Shown here in pieces: positions 19,045-29,336 of a stretch of DNA of 64,000 nucleotides. Position 1 is the first letter of the stretch. Each line of letters starts with the position of its first letter. The notes below the pieces were generated by a model, which was not told the DNA's origin, did no database searches, and worked only from the letters and a program-made list of their open reading frames with translations. The position numbers were made by a program, and so were the translations under genes. The DNA lies in NCBI GenBank assembly GCA_002372015.1, contig DFIA01000092.1:15880-79879 (forward strand). Reading direction: 5' to 3'. The stretch is from Bacteroidales bacterium UBA3709 (GTDB lineage: Bacteria; Bacteroidota; Bacteroidia; Bacteroidales; UBA932).

Positions 19045-20148
19045 CTATACATTGAAGAGAAAATGCATAATATCGCCGTCTTGCACCACATATTCCTTTC
19101 CTTCGGTAGAAAGTTTTCCGGCAGCCCTGCAAGCACTTTCACTACCATATTTTACAAAATCTTCGAACTTTATAACCTCTGCCCTGATGAATCCTTTTTC
19201 AAAATCTGAGTGTATTACACCTGCCGCCTGTGGGGCCTTATCGCCCTTTCTGAAGGTCCAGGCCCTCACCTCCGGCTCTCCCTGTGTAAAATAGGTTTGC
19301 AGGCCGAGAAGTTTGTAGGCGCTCTGTACAAGACGCACAATCCCAGACTCTTCCAAACCAAGATCTTGAAGGAACATCATTTTATCTTCATACGAATCCA
19401 TTTCTGCTATGTCAGATTCGGTTTTGGCTGCCAGTATGAGAATTTCTGCTCCCTCGTCCTTAACGGCATTGCAAACAGCTTCTACATGTTTGTTTCCTTT
19501 GGCGGCAGAGCCTTCGTCCACATTACAAACATACATCACCGGTTTTGCAGTAAGGAGAAACAGGCTTTGAGCAAGCTTATTGTCTTCTTTATTATCAAAG
19601 ACAACGCTACGAGCATTCTGTCCTTTTTCTAAAACAGCCTTATATTGTTCCAAAACATTACACAGCCTTTGAGCCTCCTTATCTGCGCCCATTTTAGCCT
19701 GCTTACTTACTTTTGCTAACCTGTTTTCTATTGTTTCCAAGTCTTTAAGCTGCAACTCTGTGTCTATTACTTCTTTATCTCTTACCGGATCTACAGAGCC
19801 ATCTACATGGGCTATATTATCATCGTCAAAACATCTGAGTACGTGTAGAATAGCGTCTGTTTCTCGAATATTTGCAAGAAACTGATTTCCTAAACCCTCG
19901 CCCTTGCTGGCACCTTTTACAAGGCCGGCAATATCTACAATCTCCACAGTGGCAGGAACAACATTCTTTGGATGAACCATATCAACAAGCTTTTCCAGCC
20001 TTTTATCCGGAACAGCCGTTGAGCCTATTTGTGGGTTTATTGTGCAAAAAGGAAAATTTGCGGCCTCTGCCTTGGCAGAACTTATACAATTGAATAATGT
20101 GCTCTTTCCTACATTAGGAAGGCCAACTATACCACACTTTACGCTCAT
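19045..20148 (-). CDS. ychF: Ribosome-binding ATPase YchF
   Basis: 367 aa. GLPNVGKSTLFN, and the C-terminal motif RAWTFRKGDKAPQAAGVIHSDFEKGFIRAEV. Confidence 0.9.
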   Translation of the reverse strand: MSVKCGIVGLPNVGKSTLFNCISSAKAEAANFPFCTINPQIGSTAVPDKRLEKLVDMVHPKNVVPATVEIVDIAGLVKGASKGEGLGNQFLANIRETDAILHVLRCFDDDNIAHVDGSVDPVRDKEVIDTELQLKDLETIENRLAKVSKQAKMGADKEAQRLCNVLEQYKAVLEKGQNARSVVFDNKEDNKLAQSLFLLTAKPVMYVCNVDEGSAAKGNKHVEAVCNAVKDEGAEILILAAKTESDIAEMDSYEDKMMFLQDLGLEESGIVRLVQSAYKLLGLQTYFTQGEPEVRAWTFRKGDKAPQAAGVIHSDFEKGFIRAEVIKFEDFVKYGSESACRAAGKLSTEGKEYVVQDGDIMHFLFNV

Positions 20149-20170
20149 ATTTGCCTGTATTAAAACAATG

Positions 20171-20178
20171 CAAAGTTA
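20171..20178 (-). promoter_or_regulatory. Candidate -7 promoter box for ychF (TAACTTTG on minus strand)
   Basis: Plus strand reads CAAAGTTA, 22 nt upstream of the start at 20148. Confidence 0.4.
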
Positions 20179-20287
20179 ATAAAAGAGAGAGTAATGTAAA
20201 ATTACAGAAGCAAGAGAATAAATTATACCGCCATGCTTTTTTCAAAATATCTATGGTTCTATCTTTCAAGACAAAAACAAATAAAAA

Positions 20288-21241
20288 ATGAAACAAATTG
20301 CAGATTATATCACAATTATCATAATGTTTTGGAATATAGAAAATTTCTTTTATCCCAGCAGGCATATAGAGCATTATCCGGCAGCAAAGCAACTGACGTG
20401 GAACAGATTCAAGACAAAGAGAAATATAATAAGCAAAACCATACTTGCGGTAAAGGATGTAGAAAAAACATATCCATCTTTAATAGGCCTATGCGAGGTA
20501 GAAAACAGAAATAGTCTTTATAACCTGCTGCAAAACACACCACTTGCAAAGATAAAATACAAAATTCTGCACAAAGATTCGCCAGACAAGAGAGGAATAG
20601 ATGTTGCTTTGTTGTATAGAGAAGATATTAGTGTGATAGATACAACATTTTTGAGAATAAATAAATTTCATACTCGCGATATTCTTTATGCAAAGATGTT
20701 TTCCATAACCTTGAGCGATACCTTGCATGTGTTTGTAAATCACTGGCCGTCTAAGCTTGGCGGGGAAAGAAAATCTTTGGCAAGAAGAATGGAGGCTGCA
20801 CAGCTTTTGAGAAAAACAGTAGATTCTATACTTTTTCAAAATTCTTTGGCGCAAATTATTGTGATGGGCGATTTTAACGAAGGGCCTAATTCTGCAGCAG
20901 TAAAATTAATAGCGCGGCCACACTTGAACGATACGTCTAATACGGCAGCACCGCTTATAAACCTGATGGTTGGTATAACAGATTCTTTGCGCAAGTCTTC
21001 TACTATAGTGTATGGTACTTACAAATACAAAGGAGCGTGGGAAATCTTGGATCAGTTTTTAGTTTCGGAAAGGGTAAGGGCAGAGGTTTATATTGCAACT
21101 TTTTCGCATCTGCTCCAAGCAGACAAGAAATATCTTGGCAGCACAACAAATAAAACCTTTAATGGCCTTAGGTTTAACGGAGGCGCAAGCGATCATCTTC
21201 CTATAATATTGAGAATAAGAGCAAACGAGCAATTTAAATAA
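20288..21241 (+). CDS. Endonuclease/exonuclease/phosphatase (EEP) family protein
   Basis: 317 aa. N-terminal FWNIENFF, internal GDFNE, and C-terminal ASDHLPI. The start could instead be the internal Met at 20324. Confidence 0.75.
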   Translation: MKQIADYITIIIMFWNIENFFYPSRHIEHYPAAKQLTWNRFKTKRNIISKTILAVKDVEKTYPSLIGLCEVENRNSLYNLLQNTPLAKIKYKILHKDSPDKRGIDVALLYREDISVIDTTFLRINKFHTRDILYAKMFSITLSDTLHVFVNHWPSKLGGERKSLARRMEAAQLLRKTVDSILFQNSLAQIIVMGDFNEGPNSAAVKLIARPHLNDTSNTAAPLINLMVGITDSLRKSSTIVYGTYKYKGAWEILDQFLVSERVRAEVYIATFSHLLQADKKYLGSTTNKTFNGLRFNGGASDHLPIILRIRANEQFK

Positions 21242-21269
21242 TACATTTACAGAACAGCATCTTTTTGTT

Positions 21270-21277
21270 TAAATTTG
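21270..21277 (+). promoter_or_regulatory. Candidate -7 promoter box for thyA (TAAATTTG)
   Basis: Matches TAnnTTTG, 5 nt upstream of ATG 21283. Confidence 0.45.
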
Positions 21278-21282
21278 TGCTT

Positions 21283-22077
21283 ATGAAACAATACTTAGAT
21301 CTTCTCAAACGCATAATGCAAGAGGGTGTAGATAAAAAAGACCGTACAGGCGTGGGCACCAAAAGTATCTTCGGCCATCAGATGAGATTTAATCTAAACG
21401 ATGGATTTCCGTTGCTTACCACTAAAAAAGTACACTTGAAATCTATCATATACGAGTTGTTGTGGTTTATAAACGGCGACACTAACATTAAATATCTTAA
21501 AGATCATGGAGTTAGTATCTGGGACGAATGGGCAGATGAAAACGGAGAGCTTGGTCCGGTGTACGGGGCTCAGTGGAGGCGTTGGGATTGTGGAAACGGG
21601 CAAACCATAGATCAGCTCCGTAATGTTATGGATATGTTAAGCAATAATCCAGATTCGAGGCGTATAATAATATCTTCGTGGAATGTAGCTCAGATAGATA
21701 AAATGGCTCTTCCTCCTTGCCATAGTCTTTTTCAGTTTTATGTAGCAGACAACCGTCTTTCTTGTCAGCTTTATCAGAGAAGTGCAGATACTTTTTTGGG
21801 AATTCCTTTTAACATTGCATCATACGCCCTGCTTACCATGATGATAGCAAAAGTTTGCGGCTTTGAATTAGGAGATTTTATACATACAACAGGAGATACT
21901 CACATTTATCACAATCATTTTGAACAAGTTAAAGAGCAACTCTCTCGTTCTCCACGCCCGCTTCCCAAAATGTTGATACACGGAAACCAAAAAGATATTT
22001 TTTCTTTTAAGTACGAAGATTTTGAGCTAACAGGATATGAGCCGTACCCGGCAATAAAGGCACCTGTAGCGGTATGA
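21283..22077 (+). CDS. thyA: Thymidylate synthase
   Basis: Active-site [18 protein letters not shown], and YQRSAD. Start moved from TTG 21265 to ATG 21283 (MKQYLDLL). Confidence 0.93.
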   Translation: MKQYLDLLKRIMQEGVDKKDRTGVGTKSIFGHQMRFNLNDGFPLLTTKKVHLKSIIYELLWFINGDTNIKYLKDHGVSIWDEWADENGELGPVYGAQWRRWDCGNGQTIDQLRNVMDMLSNNPDSRRIIISSWNVAQIDKMALPPCHSLFQFYVADNRLSCQLYQRSADTFLGIPFNIASYALLTMMIAKVCGFELGDFIHTTGDTHIYHNHFEQVKEQLSRSPRPLPKMLIHGNQKDIFSFKYEDFELTGYEPYPAIKAPVAV

Positions 22078-22096
22078 TAAAAAACAATCAAGAACT

Positions 22097-22645
22097 ATGA
22101 TTTCTCTTATAGCAGCGGTAGCAGCAGATGGTTCTATAGGAAACGGCAATCAGCTTTTGTGGCATATAGGTGGAGATTTGCAGTATTTTAAGGCTGTAAC
22201 AACAGGGCATACCGTAATAATGGGCAGGAAAACCTACGAATCTATAGGGCGGCCGTTGCCAGGCAGAAAGAATATTGTGGTATCTCGCTCCAACATTGAA
22301 TTTCCGTTAATCCCAAAGTATAAAAAAGACGGAACGCCGTCTAACACTTCAATAGAAAAAGCAGAAGATTTTATCCAACTTCTGAAATCTCTCAAAAGAA
22401 AAAAAGAAGAAGTTTTTATAATAGGTGGAGGCAGTATCTACAGCGCAGCTTTCAACTATGCAGACAGATTGTATATCACAAGAATCTTTGCTACTCCGGA
22501 AAAGGCCGATACTTTTTTCCCTCCCATAAACCAAAACGAATGGGAAGTGGCAAACTCTTCAGAAATTTTTACAGACGCAGAAAATAATATAGACTATCAG
22601 TTTATTGTTTATCAGAGAACGGACAAAAGATCTAAAACAAAATAA
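22097..22645 (+). CDS. folA: Dihydrofolate reductase
   Basis: 182 aa. MISLIAAV..., VIMGRKTYESIGRPLPGRKNIVVS, and IIGGGSIY. Immediately downstream of thyA. Confidence 0.88.
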   Translation: MISLIAAVAADGSIGNGNQLLWHIGGDLQYFKAVTTGHTVIMGRKTYESIGRPLPGRKNIVVSRSNIEFPLIPKYKKDGTPSNTSIEKAEDFIQLLKSLKRKKEEVFIIGGGSIYSAAFNYADRLYITRIFATPEKADTFFPPINQNEWEVANSSEIFTDAENNIDYQFIVYQRTDKRSKTK

Positions 22646-22671
22646 AACAACAACCTAAACAGAATTTGTAT

Positions 22672-24021
22672 ATGGCTGTTAAAGAAAGAGATTCGTTCAA
22701 AAGTTCCTTTGGTGTAATAATGGCCTTAATAGGTTCTGCCATAGGCTTAGGAAACCTTTGGAGGTTTCCGTATCTTGTTGGAACCAACGGAGGTGCGGCC
22801 TTTATAATTATTTATCTATTGTGCATACTGTTTCTTTGTATGCCTATAATGGTATGCGAGTTTGTGATAGGCAGAAGAAGCCAGGCTAATGTTTTTGGTG
22901 CCTTTAAAAAATTAGCTCCGCACACGGGCTGGAAACACACTGGAGTATTGGCCGTATTAACTTGCCTAACACTGCTTTCTTTTTATGTTGTTGTAGGAGG
23001 CTGGACAATAGGTTATTTTGTAAAGTCTTTAAGAATGGTATTTACTCCGCAGTCTGATTTTAATGCCGAGTTTTCCAATATGATAACATCCAGTTCAGAA
23101 AGTATTCTCTATACAGTTTTATTTCTCGTTATAAATGGATGTGTTATACTGGGTGGAGTTAGAAAGGGAATAGAGCGTACCAACAAATACCTGATGACCG
23201 CCTTAGCTATTCTGATACTGTTTATTGTTGTTTATTCAATGACCTTACCGGGAGCTCAAAAAGGCATAGATTTTCTGTTTAATCCAGACTTTTCAAAAGT
23301 TAAGTTTTCAACAGTACTTAACGCCCTCGGACAAGGTTTTCTGAGTTTAAGCATAGGGTGCGGAACAGTTATAACCTATGCTTCTTATGCAAATAAAAAA
23401 GATAACCTACTAAAAACCACCACTATAACATCTTTATCGGATACGGTGTTTGCCTTATTGGCAGGAATGGCTATTTTACCGGCAGTCTTTTCTGCCGGCA
23501 TGAGTCCTACAGAAGGAGCCGGCCTTGCTTTTATATCCCTGCCTTATGTTTTTAGCAGCATGCCTTTTGGAGCTCTGCTTTCTATTTTCTTTTATTTCAT
23601 ACTATTTGCAGCAGCACTGTCTTCGTCTATTTCCATTACAGAACCAATAGTGGCATTTATAAGAGAAGAATTTAAGACAAGCCGCTTTAAGGCCACATTT
23701 CAAACAATTTTAATTACGCTGATTTTTGCAGTATTGTGTGCTCTAAGTTTTGGAGTTCTTGCAGACTTCAAAATTTTTGGAAAAACATTTTTTGACCTCT
23801 TCGACTATATAGCCTCCAATATATTTCTTGCTATTTGCGCAATGTTAGCCGCTGTGTTTGTAGGCTGGAAAATAAAAGAAGAAGATTTTTATGACGAAGT
23901 AACCAGCAAGGGCTTGTATAAAATTCCACGATGGCTTTTAAAGACCCTCAGAATTTTTATTAAATACATAGCCCCGATAGTGGTTGCTGTAATAATAATC
24001 AACTCTTTATTAGGACATTAA
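22672..24021 (+). CDS. Sodium-dependent transporter, neurotransmitter:sodium symporter (NSS/SNF) family
   Basis: Hallmark GLGNLWRFPY and about 11-12 hydrophobic segments. Start moved from TTG 22666 to ATG 22672. Confidence 0.88.
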   Translation: MAVKERDSFKSSFGVIMALIGSAIGLGNLWRFPYLVGTNGGAAFIIIYLLCILFLCMPIMVCEFVIGRRSQANVFGAFKKLAPHTGWKHTGVLAVLTCLTLLSFYVVVGGWTIGYFVKSLRMVFTPQSDFNAEFSNMITSSSESILYTVLFLVINGCVILGGVRKGIERTNKYLMTALAILILFIVVYSMTLPGAQKGIDFLFNPDFSKVKFSTVLNALGQGFLSLSIGCGTVITYASYANKKDNLLKTTTITSLSDTVFALLAGMAILPAVFSAGMSPTEGAGLAFISLPYVFSSMPFGALLSIFFYFILFAAALSSSISITEPIVAFIREEFKTSRFKATFQTILITLIFAVLCALSFGVLADFKIFGKTFFDLFDYIASNIFLAICAMLAAVFVGWKIKEEDFYDEVTSKGLYKIPRWLLKTLRIFIKYIAPIVVAVIIINSLLGH

Positions 24022-24064
24022 AGAGAACCCTCTCTTATTCTTAATTTTGCATAGAGCCTTTTGG

Positions 24065-26593
24065 TTAATTAGGCTGTGTTTGCCTGTTATTTTTCAAGTA
24101 GAGGACAATAGAGGAGATAAGCAATAACATCAACAGTATGGAAGATACCAGAGAATATCTTTCTCCTTTTACAAAACTTTCCGGCCGGAAAGTAAAAATT
24201 ATATCGCCTTCTCCTGCCGGAAGAAGTAAGCCTCGTAGAATCCAGTTGGCTCGGAAAGGCTCTATTTTAGTTGTATTTCCTTCAGAATCTTTGTATGTAG
24301 CCTCCCAACCGGGGTAATATACTTCTGAAAAAACAACAGCTTGAGGTGTTTGAGAATTATATTTATACACAAGTCTATTCGGGGCATAGTCTGTTAAAAA
24401 GACAGAGGCAATATCATTGGCAACAGTGATATTTCTGAGTTCCGGCAATTTTTCTAAAAAGCTCTTGTTTACAACAGCCTGCCTTCTTGTATCTATGGTT
24501 GCTAATTTTGCTATCTCTTCATTCGCATCGCTCGCCTCTACAATGTTATCTATTATCCAGCAATTACCTTGTGCATAGTGGTTTACAAGTGGAGCAGTAT
24601 CTGGGTTTATTATAAAATAACGAGTATTGAGCATGCTGAGAATAGGATGATATTTAATGGCAGAAGCAGCCTCGTCGTAAGTAGAAACACCTTGTAGCTC
24701 CGCACTTAAATCGCTGATTTCTTTACGAATGAACCTATCTATAAGGTCTTGATATCTCTGAAGTTTTGCAGGTGAATACCCTCCAATGGTTTTATGATGA
24801 TAGCTTATGTAGGAGTTGTTGAAAGGGTCTATGGTAAGATCTAAAACTCTGTAGTTAGGGTCGTGGTCGTTTTCCAAAATATATTTATCTACCTCTCTTG
24901 GTTTTAGAACAGAAGTAAACTCTTGATTTGTAACAAAGTCTTTTTCTGAAAGATAGCGTTTATCTACCGCCCACATATCTGCCAAAACAAGTATTATCAT
25001 TGCCACACAGAACCATTCTTTTTTTATTTTTTTGTTAATAACCAACCATATAGCCAAAGCCGCTATAAGAACAAACGCCAAACTTCTCAAGGCATCTGCT
25101 CTAAGTAAGCCGGCCCTGTCTTGCACAATGGCGCCTACAAGTTCTTTTGGCAGCTGAGAATCATATACAGAAGAGAAATTGCCTGCCAGAGAAGGTATCA
25201 GGGCAAAAATTCCGGCAAAACCTCCGCATATAACGGTGGCCCACATTAGAGATTTTTGGGGTTTATCGGGGCTTGTAAAAACCTTGTGCAAAGCCAAAAT
25301 ACCTAAAACAGGAACTGTAATCTGTAGGATAACTAAAATCATAGAAACAGTTCTGAACTTATTGTACATTGGCATATAGTTGAAGAAGAATTCTGTTGGA
25401 GCCATAAAATGGTAGCCCCATGATAAAAATATGGCAAGAGCAGAAACTCCGATAATCCACCACTTTACGCCACCTTTTACAACAAATAGCCCCAAAACAA
25501 ACAAGAATATAGAAACAGCTCCCATATACATAGGCCCGGCCGTAAAAGCCTGCGGTCCCCAATATAGCGGTAAATTCTGTATAGTTTGTTTTGCTTGTGC
25601 CGTAGGGTAGTTATACTTCTGACAAAGCAGCTTATATACTTCTGATGAAGTAGATAAGGCTCCGTTAGAAGCACCACCGTTGAAATTTGGAATAAAAATA
25701 TTTGGAGTTTCTTCTATTCCATAGGACCACTGGGTTGCATATTCTATATCCAAGCCGCTGCGTGCTTTGGATGTAGAAGAGGTGGATGTGCCAGAAGTTT
25801 CAGACAATTCAGAACCTCCTCTCATTGTATGTTGGCCGTATTCGTATGTAGGCCAAAGATGGTTTATGTTGGCGGCAACACCAAGCAACCCTGCCAGCAG
25901 TACTGCTATTGAGGTTTTGAAAAAGCTACCTAAGGCCTTTTCTTTTAAAGCTTTGCAAAGCTGCCATACGGCAAAGCCGAAAACAATTAAGGCAAGATAA
26001 TAAGAGATTTGAGGATGGTTAGCTTTAATCTGAAAACTCAAAGCCAAACCAAATAGGGCGGCTCCAAGCAGCCGGTTTTTTCTATATGCATATACCAACG
26101 CCGCCAAAACCCAAGGCATAAAAGCAATGGCCACCATTTTGGTGTTATGGCCAACTTGAATGATTTGCATATTATAGGAGCAGAAAGCTACTGCAAAAGC
26201 TCCGATAATAGCGAGCCAGATATTTACTCCAAAAGCTAAAAACATAAGAAAGGCCCCAACCATGCATATTATTAAATAACTTGCCGGCCTTTGCCCCACA
26301 AACAAGATATCGTACAGATACTTTGTTATATCACCGTGATAAATAACAGATATAGTAATTGCGGGCATACCGGAAAACATGGCATTTGTCCAATATGTCG
26401 GGTTGTCTGGATGAGCTTCGTTCCACTCTACAATTTCTCTGCTCATGCCCTTCCAACTGGAGATATCGCTTTGATTTACAACCTTGCCAGAAAGGGTATA
26501 TGGAGCATAGAGATACCCTATAATAATAAAAGCAACTACAGCAATAACATAGGGCAGAAGCTTTTTTATTTTAAAATTAGAAGAGTTTGTCAT
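24065..26593 (-). CDS. Large polytopic membrane protein, YfhO-like (GT-C-type) candidate
   Basis: 842 aa. Many TM segments in the N-terminal two-thirds, then a soluble domain and a C-terminal TM. The family call is from overall architecture only. Confidence 0.5.
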   Translation of the reverse strand: MTNSSNFKIKKLLPYVIAVVAFIIIGYLYAPYTLSGKVVNQSDISSWKGMSREIVEWNEAHPDNPTYWTNAMFSGMPAITISVIYHGDITKYLYDILFVGQRPASYLIICMVGAFLMFLAFGVNIWLAIIGAFAVAFCSYNMQIIQVGHNTKMVAIAFMPWVLAALVYAYRKNRLLGAALFGLALSFQIKANHPQISYYLALIVFGFAVWQLCKALKEKALGSFFKTSIAVLLAGLLGVAANINHLWPTYEYGQHTMRGGSELSETSGTSTSSTSKARSGLDIEYATQWSYGIEETPNIFIPNFNGGASNGALSTSSEVYKLLCQKYNYPTAQAKQTIQNLPLYWGPQAFTAGPMYMGAVSIFLFVLGLFVVKGGVKWWIIGVSALAIFLSWGYHFMAPTEFFFNYMPMYNKFRTVSMILVILQITVPVLGILALHKVFTSPDKPQKSLMWATVICGGFAGIFALIPSLAGNFSSVYDSQLPKELVGAIVQDRAGLLRADALRSLAFVLIAALAIWLVINKKIKKEWFCVAMIILVLADMWAVDKRYLSEKDFVTNQEFTSVLKPREVDKYILENDHDPNYRVLDLTIDPFNNSYISYHHKTIGGYSPAKLQRYQDLIDRFIRKEISDLSAELQGVSTYDEAASAIKYHPILSMLNTRYFIINPDTAPLVNHYAQGNCWIIDNIVEASDANEEIAKLATIDTRRQAVVNKSFLEKLPELRNITVANDIASVFLTDYAPNRLVYKYNSQTPQAVVFSEVYYPGWEATYKDSEGNTTKIEPFRANWILRGLLLPAGEGDIIFTFRPESFVKGERYSLVSSILLMLLLISSIVLYLKNNRQTQPN

Positions 26594-26610
26594 ATTGCAG
26601 AGTTCAATAG

Positions 26611-28020
26611 TTATTTACAAATTTTATTCAGCAATTGTGCAAAGTTTTCTGCACCAGCCTTTCTGGTATATTTTTTTCGTTGTTCCATAAGTTCTGCCGC
26701 AAACACAGGTTGGCTTTGCCTTTCTGCAAAGCTATGCCAAATTTTGAGGAAGGCAGTTTTTATCTCTGTTTCATTCTCAAAGTTACAAATAGTTCCGCTG
26801 CCGGTTTCTTTTAAAGCTGTGGCAAGATCTCCGTCTGTAGGGCCAAATGCCAGAATAGTTTTACCAGCAGCAAGATACTCAAAGAATTTTCCAGTAAGAA
26901 TTGCTTTTGATTCTTTTTCTTTTCTGAGTGGAAGCAGCAGCAGGTTTGCACACTTCTGCCAGGCTATACAAGTTGTATGATCAACAACTCCCAAATCGAG
27001 AAAACAGGCCGATAAACCATTGTCTTCAATATCTTTTTTTACACAGTCTGCCGTTTGTCCCATTACAACAATCATCAACTTTTCCCGTAGTGAGGCATTA
27101 CTCTTAACAACCTCTCCCACAACCTTCCATAATCTATCTGGGTTTGCACTTTCCGGCATAATACCAGTGTGAACCAGCACAAATTTTTTTTCTGCAACAC
27201 CGTTGTTTTTCTTGCCTATCACAGATTCAGCTTTTGCTATGGCCGATAGTAATTGTGAATTAGTTTCTTCAGAAAAATCGTCTGGATCGTAACCATTTGC
27301 AATAATAGAAACTTTGTTGGCAAAAGCTTTATAAGTATCTTCTGAAAACTCCTTCTGCATTTGAGAAGAAACAACCGTAACTCTGTCTGCTTCTGCTATT
27401 ACAGAGTGCTCTAATTCTTTATGCCGCCTCAGAGATTTTGCAGAGAGCGGAAGATGCTTGAAATAGAATATATTGGTCCAAGGATCTCTAAAATCTGCAA
27501 TCCAAGGAATCTGAAACTTATTATGCAGAGCTTTTGCTATCAGGTGCATGGAATGAGGAGGCCCCGTGCTTATAATAGCATCTGGCTTTAAGTTTAAAAG
27601 CTCTCCATCAACTTGTTGGGTAGAGTTTCTGATAAGTTTAGACAGGTGTTTAACAGAGGGTTTTATCCACCAGCATCGCGGATCGGGGATAAACCAATTA
27701 GCCCTTATATACATAGAAAGTTTCTGAAAAAAACCTCCTGAGGGAATAAAATTAGCCTGCAGCCGCTCTCCTTTCTTTTTCCCGGAAAGTATTTTATAAA
27801 AACTGTAGGGCTCTGAGATTTTTCTTTTCAGAACAGTAGTTGCCGGAGCAATATCCTTTAGCAATGTTTTGTCTATGGCATTAACATCGGGATTCAAGGG
27901 TGTGTAAATTATAGGTTCCCACCCAAACTCCGGCAGGTATTTAGACATCTTTAGCCATCTTTGAACTCCACTACCCCCCGAAGGCGGCCAATAATATGTA
28001 ATGATAAGAACTTTTTTCAT
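26611..28020 (-). CDS. Glycosyltransferase, GT-B fold (GT4-like)
   Basis: 469 aa. N-terminal KVLIITYYWPPSGGSG and C-terminal GKFFEYLAAGKTILAFGP. Confidence 0.7.
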   Translation of the reverse strand: MKKVLIITYYWPPSGGSGVQRWLKMSKYLPEFGWEPIIYTPLNPDVNAIDKTLLKDIAPATTVLKRKISEPYSFYKILSGKKKGERLQANFIPSGGFFQKLSMYIRANWFIPDPRCWWIKPSVKHLSKLIRNSTQQVDGELLNLKPDAIISTGPPHSMHLIAKALHNKFQIPWIADFRDPWTNIFYFKHLPLSAKSLRRHKELEHSVIAEADRVTVVSSQMQKEFSEDTYKAFANKVSIIANGYDPDDFSEETNSQLLSAIAKAESVIGKKNNGVAEKKFVLVHTGIMPESANPDRLWKVVGEVVKSNASLREKLMIVVMGQTADCVKKDIEDNGLSACFLDLGVVDHTTCIAWQKCANLLLLPLRKEKESKAILTGKFFEYLAAGKTILAFGPTDGDLATALKETGSGTICNFENETEIKTAFLKIWHSFAERQSQPVFAAELMEQRKKYTRKAGAENFAQLLNKICK

Positions 28021-29255
28021 TATTTATCGGCAGAAGAGCCTTTTATCAGATTTTCATAAAGACAGTTTACAACTCTGTTGTGTATAGCCATAAACCCTCT
28101 TTCTCGTTTGCCATCTACACCATTTGTCATTAGAACAATGCCAAAAGTTCTCTCTTTATTCCATGCCATTATAGTATAAACCCCATAGGCACCACCGGTG
28201 TGTCCTATCATTGTTTTGCCTGGAATCAGATCCTTGTTATTCCAAAGAGCAAAGCCGTAATAAACAGGCTGGCCGCCAGCAAACCCCTCCTCTTCTCCGG
28301 TTTCTGTAAAACAACTTTGCATAAGCAGGGCGCTTTCCGAAGATATAATTTTTACGCCTTGCGGAGAAGTTCCTAAACCCATGTGCATCATCATGGTCTT
28401 AGCTAAACCAACAGGATTGAGTTTTAGGCCTCCGGTAGGAGAAAAAATAGGGGCAGAATATCCAAATTTGTAATTTGCAATTTCTTGTGTTCGTGGAGCA
28501 TAGGCTTCTGGTTGGGCCACCCACTTTCCATTTTTATCTTTTTGATACAAAGTAACAAACTTGCTTTGATCTAAACTTTCTACCCAATATCCGGCATTCT
28601 CTAAGCCAAGTGGCTTTAGAATATTACCAACTACATATTGATCAAACCTAATGTGGCTGATTCTTTCTATTATGGTGCCGAGGGTATTATAATTCAGGTT
28701 GCAATAAACATATTTAGTTCCGGGGCGGAAGTTATGATAGGCTTTTTCCCAATCCGGATTTTTAGAGGGATCAAGTACATCCATCTTAAAATAGCCCTGC
28801 CCATCGCTCAGCGAAGAAGTGTGCGAAAGTAACATATAAGGAGTTATCTTAACATCGGGAAACTTTGGATTCCTGACCTTAAACCCAACTAAATCAGAAA
28901 TATCTGCATTTAAATCTAACAACCCTCTTTCTGCCAACTGCATAATGGAAGTGGCGGTAAAAGACTTTGAGATAGAGGCTATTCTAAACAAGTCATCTTC
29001 TGCCAAAGGAGTTTTTGATTCGAGATTCTTGTAACCCCAACTGTTTTTGTAAATAATATCCCCTTCTTTAACAACAGCTACGCCCAAACCTACAACATCG
29101 AGGTCTTTCATAATTTTACCGATGCTTTTATCTATATCTGAGTAGTCTTGTTGATAATTTTGTGCATAAGCAATTGTAGAAAATGAGAGGTAGGCAAATA
29201 GGGTTGCAAAAACAAAGAAAATAGAAACTAAAGATTTTAAGACAGCTTTTTTCAT
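28020..29255 (-). CDS. Secreted serine hydrolase, beta-lactamase/esterase family VIII fold
   Basis: 411 aa. Signal peptide, SxxK (ASISKSF), YxN (YCNLNY), and HTG (GHTGGAYG). Confidence 0.8.
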   Translation of the reverse strand: MKKAVLKSLVSIFFVFATLFAYLSFSTIAYAQNYQQDYSDIDKSIGKIMKDLDVVGLGVAVVKEGDIIYKNSWGYKNLESKTPLAEDDLFRIASISKSFTATSIMQLAERGLLDLNADISDLVGFKVRNPKFPDVKITPYMLLSHTSSLSDGQGYFKMDVLDPSKNPDWEKAYHNFRPGTKYVYCNLNYNTLGTIIERISHIRFDQYVVGNILKPLGLENAGYWVESLDQSKFVTLYQKDKNGKWVAQPEAYAPRTQEIANYKFGYSAPIFSPTGGLKLNPVGLAKTMMMHMGLGTSPQGVKIISSESALLMQSCFTETGEEEGFAGGQPVYYGFALWNNKDLIPGKTMIGHTGGAYGVYTIMAWNKERTFGIVLMTNGVDGKRERGFMAIHNRVVNCLYENLIKGSSADK

Positions 29256-29324
29256 ATTACATGCGCGGGTTTATGTTGGATGATTATAGCAAGGCGAAAG
29301 ATAGTGAAAATTAAGAAAAATAAA

Positions 29325-29332
29325 TATTTTTG
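29325..29332 (+). promoter_or_regulatory. Candidate -7 promoter box for mutS (TATTTTTG)
   Basis: Matches TAnnTTTG, 4 nt upstream of ATG 29337. Confidence 0.45.
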
Positions 29333-29336
29333 CACT

